From contig CAYTAR010000007.1 of NCBI GenBank assembly GCA_964436015.1, positions 1-56,761 of the forward strand: DNA of 56,761 bases, given 5' to 3'. The position numbers and the translations under genes are program-made. Shown one piece after another: positions 9,234 through 21,000 of this stretch. Positions within the stretch are counted from its first letter, which is position 1, and each line of letters starts with the position of its first letter. Source of the stretch: an uncultured Candidatus Saccharibacteria bacterium (GTDB lineage Bacteria; Patescibacteriota; Minisyncoccia; Phycocordibacterales; GCA-2401445). The notes below the pieces were generated by a model. That model saw only the letters and a list, made by a program, of their open reading frames with translations. It ran no database searches and was not told the origin of the DNA.

Positions 9234-10358
9234 CTATACGAGAGCATCAATACCCGGTAGTGATTCATTCGCAAGATACTCAAGCATCGCCCCTCCACCA
9301 GTTGATACAAAGGTGAATTTATCTAAAAGATTAAGTGTTTGTATTGCCGCAACAGTATCCCCTCCTCCTACTATTGATATAGCTCCACTTTCTGCAATCA
9401 TGCGCGCAAGCTCAAGCGTTGCTTCTGTATACCCTTGCTCATACCCGCCGAGCGGACCATTCCATAGTACCATTCCCGCCTTTTCAATATGTCCCTTAAG
9501 AAGCGAGAGTGTTTCGGGCCCTGCGGAATCAACTACCCTATCTGTATTTTGAATATCTTTTGGATGTGCAAACATATACTCATTCCCTCGTTTAATTCGC
9601 ATATCAAGTGGACGGATAACATTATGTGCAGAAAGCACACGTGAAAAATCAAAATCCCCTTTTGAGTACGCAGAAGTATCTCCCACATGAACACCCTCTG
9701 CAACACACAAATCATTTGCAATCACCCCTCCAGCAAACACCATATCTGCATGTGGCATAAACTTCTCTATGAGAGGAAGTTTTGTTTCTGTTTTTGCTCC
9801 TCCGAGTAAAAAAACAAAAGGGTGAACCGGATTAAATACTTTTGAAAGGTGCTCAATTTCTTTTGCGAGTTGGAATCCCATGTACGATGGGAGGTGGCGT
9901 GTAATCGCAACCACTGATGCATGCGCACGATGTGATACCGCGAATGCATCATTTACATATATATCGCCGAAGGACGCCCACTCTCGTGCGAATTCTTCAT
10001 TATTTTGTACCTCTCGCTCATCTTTGCGCAGGTTTTCAAACATCACCACCTCGCCCTCTTTTTGTACACCACACACCTCACGAGCACGCGCCCCCCCATG
10101 CTCAAGGATAAAGGTCACTGAAAACTTTTGAGATAGAAAATCAGCAATGGGCTTAAGTGATTCAGATCCGTCTCTTCCGAGATGACTTATAATACAAACT
10201 TTTGCACCTTGTTGTGTTAGATACTCAATTGTGGGAATAGTACTCAGAATGCGGTAGGTATCACCAATCACCCCATTGATAATGGGTACATTAAAATCGG
10301 CGCGAAGTAGCACGCGCATTCCCCGTATATTTTCTACTTCAGTGATATGACGTGGCAT
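9234..10358 (-). CDS. pgk: Phosphoglycerate kinase
   Basis: RADFNVP at the N-terminus and STGGGA near the C-terminus. Confidence 0.9.
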   Translation of the reverse strand: MPRHITEVENIRGMRVLLRADFNVPIINGVIGDTYRILSTIPTIEYLTQQGAKVCIISHLGRDGSESLKPIADFLSQKFSVTFILEHGGARAREVCGVQKEGEVVMFENLRKDEREVQNNEEFAREWASFGDIYVNDAFAVSHRAHASVVAITRHLPSYMGFQLAKEIEHLSKVFNPVHPFVFLLGGAKTETKLPLIEKFMPHADMVFAGGVIANDLCVAEGVHVGDTSAYSKGDFDFSRVLSAHNVIRPLDMRIKRGNEYMFAHPKDIQNTDRVVDSAGPETLSLLKGHIEKAGMVLWNGPLGGYEQGYTEATLELARMIAESGAISIVGGGDTVAAIQTLNLLDKFTFVSTGGGAMLEYLANESLPGIDALV

Positions 10359-11143
10359 TATGAAGAAATTACTTTAGTACCAGCGAGTAAAATATCAGTG
10401 AAACTCTTTGCGGATAAGCTTTTTCCACCCACGAGAAGCCCGTTAACTTCGCCTTCACGCATTAGTGCTTCAGCATTTTCTGGAGCAACAGAGCCACCGT
10501 AGAGCACTGGTGCGCGCAATACAGAATTTTTCTTGTAGATATCTTTAAGCACTTTTCTAATGTACAACACCATCTGATGTACCCCGTGCGCATCAAGCGC
10601 GCTTTCTGATCCTTTTCCAATAGCCCATACTGGTTCATACGCGATAAGGACATGAGAAAAACCGGTATAGGTAACTTTTGCAAGCGCAGTACGAAGCTGT
10701 GTTTCAATCACACCTAGATACGACCCCTGCTCATCCCTTTCAGACTCACCGATACAGAGAATCACCGTAACTCCCGCCTGTACTGCCCGAGACACCTTTC
10801 TCGAAACGTCAGTATCACTCTCACCCATCACTCTTCGTTCAGAATGCCCGATAATAACATGCTCAATTCCCATACTTTTAAGCATTGGAATACTTATCTC
10901 ACCCGTAAATGCACCACTGTCCTCAAAATATACATTCTGAGCCCCAACAAAAAATTGTGTGCTTTTTTTATACAATTCACGAAGTGGAGCTATATACACC
11001 GCCGGAGGACAGACGATAGTGGTAACCCCCCTCGCCTTCTTTGAATTCTCTTTTACCGAACGAAATAAATCTTTTGCTTCAGTTAGTGTTGATGGATTGA
11101 GCTTCCAATTTGCCACAATATACATTCTTTTTTGTTCGTCCAT
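10358..11143 (-). CDS. tpiA: Triosephosphate isomerase
   Basis: ANWKLN, IGHSERR and AYEPVWAIG motifs. Confidence 0.92.
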   Translation of the reverse strand: MDEQKRMYIVANWKLNPSTLTEAKDLFRSVKENSKKARGVTTIVCPPAVYIAPLRELYKKSTQFFVGAQNVYFEDSGAFTGEISIPMLKSMGIEHVIIGHSERRVMGESDTDVSRKVSRAVQAGVTVILCIGESERDEQGSYLGVIETQLRTALAKVTYTGFSHVLIAYEPVWAIGKGSESALDAHGVHQMVLYIRKVLKDIYKKNSVLRAPVLYGGSVAPENAEALMREGEVNGLLVGGKSLSAKSFTDILLAGTKVISS

Positions 11144-11197
11144 GGTGGCATTGTACCATGTGAAAGTGGGGTATGACTATGCCCCAAAACAGCACCC

Positions 11198-12616
11198 CTA
11201 CTTCACTTCTTCCCACGAAATAGTTGTGTACTGGTCACTCGTCAATGGAAAACTAGGAGGCGGGCTATAAAGGAGGTTTGCATCATAATTAATATTTCGT
11301 ATTTGATACCCCGTGCCGTCGGTATATGCAAAACCGTACCGTTGACTTGTTGCGAGCATTCCGTATAAGGTAATTGTGTCTTTGGTGTGGTTAGGACTGC
11401 ATGAACCCGAATAGTAGAATCGACCCACTCTTCCGTTTTGGGCAATAATTGCAGCATCAATTCGTAAATCATCCTGACTCACCAACCCAACATTGAAATT
11501 ATTCTGAGCTATTAATCCAATATTGTCACTTCCATCATAGTTTGTGTACAGTAAATCATTGTTCACGGTAATACTTGTTCGCGTTGATGCATTATCTGGA
11601 AACCGTCCAGACGCAATAGTGAGTCGCGCGCTATCTATTTGACCCTCAACCCACACATGATCTTCAAAAAAGATTAGTCCGTTGGAGGGTAGTGGGTTAT
11701 TTGAGGAAAGCAGAGTTTGAGAATTAACACTCCATGTCCCCCATCCAGTCTGAGAACTGCTACACCAATTTGGAGGAGCAATGGTCGTATTCACCCGATA
11801 CACATCAAACGTATCATCTGTCTTAAGTAAAATTCTATACCCAAGAGCTCCAGAATTTGCGTAGTAGTACCCATCCGCCTGTGCATTTGATTTTATGATT
11901 GCCAAGTCGGTTGATATCCCAACAAAATCAATGGCTGGCAATGGAAACATGCGTCCCGCTTGAAACACATCTGTGCGATTGGGAACTGACGCTGGAGGAA
12001 GTGGGTCTACAGGAGGCAGGTGTGTATGTACACCAAACTCGTTTCCACCGCTATGATCAGGGTCATCATACGATGCAACAGCGCTACTCACCACATTGTG
12101 TGCTAATCCATCAAAACGGATACCTCCATTTGAATGAATTGGTCCAAAAATTTCAGTTCCCTCACCGAAACGCATTACACTGTTGGCAGCTACCGCAAAA
12201 CGCGCAAGAGAAGGAATTGCCAGTTGCGCTTTAATCGCCCGTTCAACACTTGGGTTAGATAGCACTGTTCCGGTTGATGTGATAGTCACGATAGTAGACC
12301 CAATTGGTGGTGGCTCAATGGTGAGCGCAAACTGCCCGATCACCGTATTAAACCGATCAACATAGTCATGTACGTACGGACCTGGAGCACCGGTCCCGTC
12401 GGTATAGTCAGTTGGCGCATGTGCTAAGTGCCATCGGTAATACTCAATACCCGCCTCGGCAATTTGAAACGCCTGCTCTCGATCAGCAACATTTCGTGCA
12501 AGATTGATAGTAGATACCGCAATGGTAACCAACGCGGTAATAAGCATGACGGCAATTGAGCCGAATATAATCATGTTGAGCAGAATGAGTCCTTGCTGTG
12601 TTTTTTTCTTTCTCAT
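11198..12616 (-). CDS. PilX-N-like type IV pilus-associated protein
   Basis: N-terminal hydrophobic anchor followed by QAFQIAEAGIEY (PilX_N-like). It overlaps the upstream pseudopilin gene. Confidence 0.55.
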   Translation of the reverse strand: MRKKKTQQGLILLNMIIFGSIAVMLITALVTIAVSTINLARNVADREQAFQIAEAGIEYYRWHLAHAPTDYTDGTGAPGPYVHDYVDRFNTVIGQFALTIEPPPIGSTIVTITSTGTVLSNPSVERAIKAQLAIPSLARFAVAANSVMRFGEGTEIFGPIHSNGGIRFDGLAHNVVSSAVASYDDPDHSGGNEFGVHTHLPPVDPLPPASVPNRTDVFQAGRMFPLPAIDFVGISTDLAIIKSNAQADGYYYANSGALGYRILLKTDDTFDVYRVNTTIAPPNWCSSSQTGWGTWSVNSQTLLSSNNPLPSNGLIFFEDHVWVEGQIDSARLTIASGRFPDNASTRTSITVNNDLLYTNYDGSDNIGLIAQNNFNVGLVSQDDLRIDAAIIAQNGRVGRFYYSGSCSPNHTKDTITLYGMLATSQRYGFAYTDGTGYQIRNINYDANLLYSPPPSFPLTSDQYTTISWEEVK

Positions 12617-13230
12617 AAATTATCTTTCAAATTTCGCGCCATAACATGCGTGGTGAGAGTAATTTCTGGCTGTGCGTCTGTGGTATCCGCATCAAGAAAT
12701 AGTGTTACTTTTACCAACCGCACCTCGGATGTCGTCACGGGTTGAGTAAGCGGAGCCCCTCCCACCCCTGTATAAGACTCATCATAATAGGTAAAAATAG
12801 GAGTAGGTGTTGATGTTGCGTTCTTCACATGAGTAATAACTGACTGAACAGTCTCACTCCCCGTATACTGAAGTGGACTACCCGTAGGAATGAGCACCGC
12901 TCGATACAATACTTCATTATCAAGATAGTACCGAACACGCTCTACCACCCCATCATAATCAGCATCAACATAAAAAGTGAGTGTACTCGTACCCACGGTT
13001 CCAAATGGATACGAGCCCGTCTCAGATGGCACCACTGAACGAATCTCAGCTGTAAATTTTCTCATAAACAATAAACCCTTCTGCTGTAAATCTAAATTAT
13101 TAGTAAACAGCCGTTGAAAGGAGAATACATCCACTTGAAAAGCAGCGACAATGCCCGAAAGCATTCCAATAATTGCCACCACGACGAGCATCTCAACCAA
13201 GGTAATTCCTTTTTGTGAATTAATACGCAT
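12613..13230 (-). CDS. Prepilin-type N-terminal cleavage/methylation domain protein (pseudopilin)
   Basis: The leader MRINSQKG is followed by ITLVEMLVVVAIIGML. Confidence 0.8.
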   Translation of the reverse strand: MRINSQKGITLVEMLVVVAIIGMLSGIVAAFQVDVFSFQRLFTNNLDLQQKGLLFMRKFTAEIRSVVPSETGSYPFGTVGTSTLTFYVDADYDGVVERVRYYLDNEVLYRAVLIPTGSPLQYTGSETVQSVITHVKNATSTPTPIFTYYDESYTGVGGAPLTQPVTTSEVRLVKVTLFLDADTTDAQPEITLTTHVMARNLKDNL

Positions 13231-13231
13231 A

Positions 13232-15028
13232 CTAATTGGGTAACAAATTAATCGTGTAGTTAAACCACGGGCCGTTTATCTCAACCATGTCATTCCATGT
13301 TTGGTACCCACTCTTACTTGCGGTAATGGTGTACGTTCCGTTTGCAAGTCCACCAAAATTCACCTGTCCTGGAGGGGTACATGATGACGTAAAGGTAAAG
13401 AACACATCTGACACATTCGGCGTTAATGTCGTACTTGCGGTTGAGAGGTACGCCATGTAACGAAGATACTGATCATTATCATGTATCGTGTGTATGTTTG
13501 AATCACTTGTTGTGTAATACGTTGCACTTGTCCCATCAGGGCCAAGGTAGTTCCATGTGGCATTATCGTTGTTAGTTGCTAATTGAAAACGAACGGAGTC
13601 ATCTCCCACCCCTACCGGCTGAGAAAGCGGAGTCCAGAGTAAGTTATAAAAATTAGCAGGACCTCCAGTATCAAACGTAGAAGATTCAAGATAACCAGAC
13701 GACTCGTATATTCCCAAAAATTGATCCAACTTCATTTCTCCCACCGGAGCATCGGTATCAACTCTCCCATCAGTGGTTGCATACATTGTCTCATCAACAA
13801 AATCAGTTTGTCCTGGACCACCCGACCAGTCAGTCTGTCGCACAAATCCTTGTCCAGTTACCCGAGACTCATTGTATGCACCTCCATTATCAAGGGTAAC
13901 AGTCACATCAGTGAGTGGTAAACCAGTTGCTCCGTCTTTTACGGTTACTAACAGTCGTTGCGGTTCACTTGCTTCAACAATTAATTCAATCTGCTGGGTT
14001 GAACCTGGATTTAACTCAACAGGAAGTATCGGACTTGAACCGACCAAGTCATACGAACCATCAGTAACCGCGAGTGTGTAGGTATCCCAATCCAAACCGG
14101 TATACTCTCGCAATCCCGATCCATTGGTGCTTGAAGTGGTTGAAAACTTATAAATATCAGGATTTCCTACAAGTTTTGTGCCTTCCATACTAAACGCAAC
14201 GTTTGGAACCGCAGTACACGTATCGGTAAGTGTTCTAATTGACGCCGTGCTCGCTTCATCAATAACAAAACTGAGCTGGGTAACATTTTGTACGACAACG
14301 GTTGCGTGGGGCTTGAACGGATCTGGGTTTTGAGGCGCCCCCGGAGCATAGGTCCTGTCACTCGTGTACCCCGCCTTTGTCACACTCACCTCCCACGCTT
14401 CAAGCGCAGGAGGAGCATCGACTAGTTGGTACAACCCATTTGCGTCAGTTACATCATCCACCACTATTGGAGTTCCCGTATTATTTTCAATATGTACATT
14501 TGCACCCTGAACCGGCACCCCGTTTGCATCAAAAACACGTACGAACAATGCCCCGTTACTTGAGTTTGTCTCAAGTCCACGAGGAGATGCGCGAGCGGTC
14601 AACGTCAAAGGAGTGAAATTCTTACAGGTAGGACAGCCAATCTCAATATCAATTGATTTATAATCTGCGGGAGAAAGATCATTCGGAGTTCCTCCAATCA
14701 CCCCATCAAAAGGGTCATCAACGTTTCGTATGGTGGTGGTAGTAAAATAGGTTGTTCCATTTCTCTCAAATGTTTGCACATAGGGAATTACACCAGCAGG
14801 AATTCCCAATAAAACCCCAATCTGATCATACGGCAAGTTCCGAATACTCTCTATGTGCTCATTCACAAGCGCGAGCGCAATAGTACGTTGTCTCGTAAGA
14901 GTTACTACTTCAAGAATATTCACATACGATGAATACACCGTTATGGTTACAATAGAAAAAACAAACACAGTAACCAGCATCTCAACTAAGGTAAATCCTT
15001 TCTTCTGTATGTGTGTCTTATATAGCAT
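13232..15028 (-). CDS. Large (598 aa) prepilin-type protein with carboxypeptidase-regulatory-like beta-sandwich domains
   Basis: KKGFTLVEMLVTVFVF at the N-terminus. VFDANGVPVQGANVHIE...DANGLY and GTYTITASKSGYQT are CarboxypepD_reg-like. Confidence 0.75.
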   Translation of the reverse strand: MLYKTHIQKKGFTLVEMLVTVFVFSIVTITVYSSYVNILEVVTLTRQRTIALALVNEHIESIRNLPYDQIGVLLGIPAGVIPYVQTFERNGTTYFTTTTIRNVDDPFDGVIGGTPNDLSPADYKSIDIEIGCPTCKNFTPLTLTARASPRGLETNSSNGALFVRVFDANGVPVQGANVHIENNTGTPIVVDDVTDANGLYQLVDAPPALEAWEVSVTKAGYTSDRTYAPGAPQNPDPFKPHATVVVQNVTQLSFVIDEASTASIRTLTDTCTAVPNVAFSMEGTKLVGNPDIYKFSTTSSTNGSGLREYTGLDWDTYTLAVTDGSYDLVGSSPILPVELNPGSTQQIELIVEASEPQRLLVTVKDGATGLPLTDVTVTLDNGGAYNESRVTGQGFVRQTDWSGGPGQTDFVDETMYATTDGRVDTDAPVGEMKLDQFLGIYESSGYLESSTFDTGGPANFYNLLWTPLSQPVGVGDDSVRFQLATNNDNATWNYLGPDGTSATYYTTSDSNIHTIHDNDQYLRYMAYLSTASTTLTPNVSDVFFTFTSSCTPPGQVNFGGLANGTYTITASKSGYQTWNDMVEINGPWFNYTINLLPN

Positions 15029-16235
15029 CGGTAAGCGAATAAATCGGTGTAATCATGGCGAGCGCGAAGAACCCAACCGCGCCACCTATAAACACCATTA
15101 GAAATGGCTCAATGATGGTAGACATATCTTTTGTTTTTCTATCAACTTCTTCTTCGTAAAACGACGCAAGGTTGGTGAGCATTTCTGAGAGTTTTCCTGT
15201 TTCTTCACCCACACTCATCATTTCACCCACAAGAATCGGGTACAGTTTTTCATGCTCAACAAAAACAGACGACATGGTAATACCTTTTGGAATTGCATTT
15301 TCTGCTTTTTCAATAACATCTTTAAAGTAGCTGTTCTGCACCACATCTTTGGTGATAGACATTGCGTGGACCACATCAACTCCAGCAGACAGGAGGGACG
15401 AGAGTGTACGAGCCATACGAGCAGAATTTGTCTCACGCACAATCGTTCCAATAATCGGAAAGTGGAGGAATACAAATTCAAACCCCCTTCGTGTTTCTGG
15501 TTTTCGATACAACCCGTATATAGAAGCAAAAAATATAGTCATACCCGCAAGCATGAGTGCGAGGTGATCCTTAAATAAGTCACTCACAAAAATTACTAAC
15601 TGTGTTGATGCAGGCAGTTCAACTTCCACTTCTTTAAATGTTTCAGTGAGTGTGGGAACAATGTAGATAAGCATTAAGATAGCAATAATGACCATCACAC
15701 ACACAATAATGGCAGGATACGTCATTGCACCGCGAATTTTTTTCTTCAATGAGTGTGCACGGTGCATCTGAAGCGCAACGATTCCCAACGCATCGGACAA
15801 TCCTCCACTCTCTTCTCCTGCGCGAACCATAGCAATAAACAGTGAAGAGAATACTCTCGGGTACTGGGAAAGCGCTTCATGAAAAGACTTTCCCTCGTTA
15901 ATGCGCGCCTCAACATCACGGAGAATATGTTTAAAACGGGGGTTGTGCGCTTGTCGCTCAAGCACTGAAAGTGCGCGCCCGAGAGATAGTCCGGCAGTTA
16001 GCATCGCACTTAAATTTCGCGCAAAATTTATCTTTTCATCCATGCTTACCGTGCCGATCTTCTCCGCCCACTCACGGAAGCCTCCTGCTGAGAATTTTTT
16101 CTTCCCTGAAGTAACTGAAACGAGCATGTCGCCTTGCACACGAAGCGCGCGTGCGAGTGCAAACTTATCTTCCGCCTCAAGTACCCCCTCGTACGGTTCA
16201 CCGTTTTTCTTTATTGCTTTGTAGTGAAATTTCAT
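15018..16235 (-). CDS. pilC: Type IV pilus / T2SS platform protein PilC (GspF family)
   Basis: Two GspF-type repeats and three TM segments, adjacent to the PilB ATPase gene. Confidence 0.88.
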   Translation of the reverse strand: MKFHYKAIKKNGEPYEGVLEAEDKFALARALRVQGDMLVSVTSGKKKFSAGGFREWAEKIGTVSMDEKINFARNLSAMLTAGLSLGRALSVLERQAHNPRFKHILRDVEARINEGKSFHEALSQYPRVFSSLFIAMVRAGEESGGLSDALGIVALQMHRAHSLKKKIRGAMTYPAIIVCVMVIIAILMLIYIVPTLTETFKEVEVELPASTQLVIFVSDLFKDHLALMLAGMTIFFASIYGLYRKPETRRGFEFVFLHFPIIGTIVRETNSARMARTLSSLLSAGVDVVHAMSITKDVVQNSYFKDVIEKAENAIPKGITMSSVFVEHEKLYPILVGEMMSVGEETGKLSEMLTNLASFYEEEVDRKTKDMSTIIEPFLMVFIGGAVGFFALAMITPIYSLTDAI

Positions 16236-16236
16236 A

Positions 16237-17991
16237 CTATTCAGATATCACACGTAATACTTCCTCAATAGTTGTTTGCCCTTGAACTGCTTTGAAAATA
16301 CCATCCTCAATCATGGTCATCATGCCCTCTTTCTTTGCCTGAGCCTCAATTTTATCTCCCGTCGCACCCGCCATTACTAAGTCACGAATAGTTGGGGTGA
16401 TTTTCAATACTTCGTAAATTCCAACACGCCCCTTGTATCCATCGGGTGATTCATTATTTGGTTTTGGTCTAAAAAAAGGAACGTCTTCCCACGAAACACC
16501 TTTTTCAACAATTTTTTCATCTTTCAAATGTCGCAGTACATTATCCAAGTCAACACTTTTACCAAGTACCTCCACCTCATCTTTAGTAAGTGTGTATTTT
16601 TCTTTCACATCACACAGTTTTCGAATAAGGCGCTGCCCAATAACCACTTTGAGTGTTGATACGAGCAAAAAGGGTTCCACTTTCATATCAATGAGTCGTG
16701 GTATTGCGCCAGCAGAAGAGTTGGTGTGAAGTGTTGAAAGCACCAAGTGCCCCGTAAGGGCCGCGTTAACCGCAAGCGCTGAAGTCTCACCATCTCTAAT
16801 TTCACCCACCATAATAATATCTGGATCTTGACGCAGGAGTGAACGCAATCCTTGAGAGAATGTAAACCCAATTTCAGGCTTTACCTGTGTTTGATTAACC
16901 CGCTTCATCTGGTACTCAACCGGATCTTCCACCGTGGAAATGTTCACGTCAGGAGTGTTTAGAATATCAAGCATAGTATAGAGCGTAGTGGTCTTTCCCG
17001 ATCCAGTTGGGCCGGTTGTAAGTATCATACCGGTCTTCTGCTTCGTCGCATCATGTAAATGTTCAAGCGAAGTTCCGTGGAAACCAAGCCCCTCAAGCGA
17101 ATATCCTTCTGCATTGTCACGAAGCAGACGCATCACCACTTTTTCACCATAGTAAATAGGCAAAATTGAAACACGGAAAGACACCCGCTCACGGTTCATT
17201 TCCATTTTAAACCTTCCATCTTGAGGAAGTCTTTTTTCATCCAACTTCAAATTTGAGAGCACTTTAATACGCGCAGTAATACCCGCAGCAGCTTCCTTTG
17301 GGAGCGTCATTGCGTCATGCAAAATGCCGTCAATTCGGTACCGCACCACCATCTGCTCTTCCATCGGTTCAATGTGTATATCAGACGCGTTTTGAATAAT
17401 TGCATGCTTGAGAAGCGTATCCACAATACGCATTACCGGAAGGTCTTCCGCCATTTTCTTCAAATCACTCTCACTCATTCCCTCACCATCAACGCTGTCT
17501 TGAATCGCCTTGAGTTGTGCAGACTCCTTCTGAATAATATCTCCGAACTCAACCTTCAAGCTCTTCTGGTACTGGAGCAGAATATGCTTCATAGACTCAC
17601 GGTCAGTCAACCGAGGTGCAATTTTCAATTTTACCTTCTTTTTTACAAAATCAATTGCCGAGAGATCGTCCGTATCAAGCATGGCTACTTCAAGCACATC
17701 CTCCTTTTTTGCAAATGCAACAATGTTGTGGTTCCGTGCAATTGGTTCAGGAATGAGCGACAAAATCTCAAAATCAATTTTCTGATTTACCAAATTTACG
17801 AATGGAATACCCAACAAATATGCCTGAACACGGCCCAAATCATCCTCAGAAATCATACTGTGCTTTAGTAGCAACTTTGACACAGGAGTTTTGAGCTCTT
17901 TGGCTTCTTTTTGAACCTCATCAAATGCATCACTTGTTACCAAGCTCGCATCTACGAGAAATTTTTTTAATTGAGCATCTTCAACAATCAT
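16237..17991 (-). CDS. pilB: Type IV pilus assembly ATPase PilB (GspE family)
   Basis: Walker A GPTGSGKTTT, a GspE N-terminal domain, and an Asp box/His box region. Confidence 0.92.
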   Translation of the reverse strand: MIVEDAQLKKFLVDASLVTSDAFDEVQKEAKELKTPVSKLLLKHSMISEDDLGRVQAYLLGIPFVNLVNQKIDFEILSLIPEPIARNHNIVAFAKKEDVLEVAMLDTDDLSAIDFVKKKVKLKIAPRLTDRESMKHILLQYQKSLKVEFGDIIQKESAQLKAIQDSVDGEGMSESDLKKMAEDLPVMRIVDTLLKHAIIQNASDIHIEPMEEQMVVRYRIDGILHDAMTLPKEAAAGITARIKVLSNLKLDEKRLPQDGRFKMEMNRERVSFRVSILPIYYGEKVVMRLLRDNAEGYSLEGLGFHGTSLEHLHDATKQKTGMILTTGPTGSGKTTTLYTMLDILNTPDVNISTVEDPVEYQMKRVNQTQVKPEIGFTFSQGLRSLLRQDPDIIMVGEIRDGETSALAVNAALTGHLVLSTLHTNSSAGAIPRLIDMKVEPFLLVSTLKVVIGQRLIRKLCDVKEKYTLTKDEVEVLGKSVDLDNVLRHLKDEKIVEKGVSWEDVPFFRPKPNNESPDGYKGRVGIYEVLKITPTIRDLVMAGATGDKIEAQAKKEGMMTMIEDGIFKAVQGQTTIEEVLRVISE

Positions 17992-18084
17992 AGTTCACCA
18001 CGTTGGTTGACTTAATTATAGCAGAGTGTTCTCAGTAAAAAATGCTCGCATGTGTACATGCGAGCATTTTTTATATTTATTTTT

Positions 18085-21000
18085 TTAGAATTCCTCTACG
18101 TTTGGTTTCGGCGGGAGAACAATCACTCGAACATTGTTCGTACATTCATCAAAATTTCCTCCTCCGTCCGTTACTCTTGCCACTCCAGTCTTTGTGCCTG
18201 TTGTATTATACAAGACTGATACTACAGGTGTAGTCGCGCCATTAAGAGGTGTACTACCCGTCCATAAATAACTATAAGAACCATCATCAACAGGAGATGG
18301 AGTAACCTGCCAATCAACTCTCTCACCTAAACGAACTTCCACTGTACCCGAATCCCTCCATTCACCACCTGAAGATGGTCTCACCACACACGTAACATCA
18401 GTTAATCCACCTCCTCCACCGTTTATGAAAAGATGTGCATAGTTTGTTATCCAAGGCAATGAAGTGTCGGTAGGTCTGCACTCAACCCCAAAAAGTTTGT
18501 TCGCATTTGGAGCCTGAATTCCTGAAGTTGTATAATTGCCAGTTATATTGCCATATGTATCCCAATTTTCATATCCAGCACCAGTAATTGGATGACACAC
18601 CGATACTCCCGATGCAACCCATTCAAGAGTTACTTGATTGTTGTCATTATTTCCACCATTAGCACTATCATACGCAACAACTAAGCGTTCTCCTGCATTG
18701 TCTGCTTCAATATACGCACCATCGCTTGCAAGTTTTGGTTTTATTTTAAGAGATACTTGCGCAGCGCCTTGATTCACAGTAACTGGACAACTCGCTGATT
18801 CTGGCGACATCTGCCCGTCCGCTGACCTAATTTGAATATAGGCATTTTGGAGACCTTGAGTTAAGTACGTTCTAACGAACGAGTTAATTGTGCTAACTGG
18901 AAGGTATCCTGTTGTATAGTCACTAAAACGATATCGGAATGAATACGGTGCTTGCCCTCCAGTTACTGTACCCACACTCCCCTGATACTCAACCTGAGAT
19001 CCTGTATAAACTGGATTTGGTGACGCAGAACAAGAAGGTGTTCCCGTGATACAAAAATAGGAACTCCTTGCATCCGCGTATGCAGGCGAATTGGAATATG
19101 TTTTCACTCCTGCATTGTCAATGTAAGATTCAACAAAATAATAGTAGGTAGTGCCTTCATTACTTAACCCGCTATCAATATACTCTCCTTGTTGATAATA
19201 AGGTGCCCACGTGAGTCCAGGTTGAACTGCGCCTACAGCAAACTCGTCAATCTCAATCGCAGTGCTATAGTCATTTACTGTATTACGTTTAATCCTGTAC
19301 CCATCAACAAGAACACCATTTGATTCCCCCGCATAGTTATGAAATTCAAGTTCAATTTGCGCACCGCACGCCCCTGTTGACGCGCTGGCACTTGGCGTAT
19401 ACGGAATCACAACATCATCTTCAACAATATTCAAAGTGAGATAATTTGTTGGATATGTTCCCGAATCTGTTTGAATATTCCCATCAAATCTAATGCGGTA
19501 AGCATATCCATTACCAAGGTGTGTATTATTTGTGGTAATAGTCACTGGTCTGGTACAAGTAGGTGTACAAGTAACAGTACCAAATGACACACCTATATTA
19601 TAAGGCTTTGGAACAGAAGGCTCACTATCTAAAATCGTATGTGTAACTCCAACAGGTCCTGCGCTACCTGACAACCAGTTTGTTGCGACATTCACAACCG
19701 TTGAATCAGTTTGATTCATAGTGACGGAAGAAGGACTTAAGCTCAAATCATACTCAAACCCTCCCACCACATTAGTTGAGCAATTCGCTACTACACTATC
19801 AGATCCTGAAGTTATTGTTACTGAAGCATTTTTAGTGCCAGGCGTTGTGTAGATAACCGACCTTGTTTGATCAGTTCCACTCACCGCACCCGACCATGAG
19901 TACGTGTAAGAACCCGTTCCACCAGAAGGAACCGCTGACCACTGTACCGTGGTGCCTGTCTGCCCTTGTTGAATTGTTGCAGGTGAAGGATTTGCACTAC
20001 ATGTTGCAGTAAGAACAGGGTCCACATTAACCGTGCCACTACACTGAGCACGGCTTGCTCCGGCATTTGCGGTAATGGTCGCGATTGCGTGTTGTGATGT
20101 CGGGGTGTAGTACGTCTTCACCGCAGTAGACTCCGAACCGGTTAAACTACTTGAACCCGACCACGAGTACGTATAAGGACCACTTACATTAAAAGGAGTC
20201 ACCGACCATGTAACAGACTCTCCCGTCTCAACATTTGGCGATGAAGGACTTACCGTACAGGTTAGTGGTGTTGGGTCTGGAGTAAGGGTATCCACGCAAG
20301 AAGTGAGAGTTCCGTATACTTTTGATGCAAAATCGTACAACGCGCTTTCATAGCTTGCTTCTGAAGCGGGTGCTACAAACGGAGGAGGAGTTCCCTCTAC
20401 CACTGAATAGGTGCGTACTTCGTATGTGTTTGGGTCATTATAGACAAGTTTTGCGGCATTCAATTCAGAAAGTGATCCCCGAGATACCGACTCCCAATTC
20501 GTGGTTGTTACAATTCCAGAAAGAGCGGTTGGCACCGAGTCTAATACCAATGATCTTCCTCGTATAGGATCAGGAATTGGACCCGAAGTTATTGACTCCG
20601 TAATTGTTGAAGGAGTTTCTGAGGTGGGGGTTTTTACATTTCCTATATTTGAACTCGTTTGTGAGTATGCGCCACTTCCTCCACTTACTGATTCCTTGTA
20701 GTATTCAATCACGCCACACCCGCTATTAACGAATGGTCCCGCGACACGCGCTCCAGTATTTTTATTTACAATCACACTTATTGGGTGAAGGGGTGTTTGC
20801 ACCGTATTGTCTGCCCCACCACTCGGGACATTTACTGACTGAATATTATTACCATTACTTGTGATTGAAGTTATTGCTCTTGGATTGGGACCAAATGACG
20901 CTGATGCAACCGTGGCATTCATTCCCGTACTGTAAGTTGAGGACTGAAACAGAGTGGAAAGGGGTGTTCCAGTTAGCGCGGGAAAACTGTACGCGCCTCC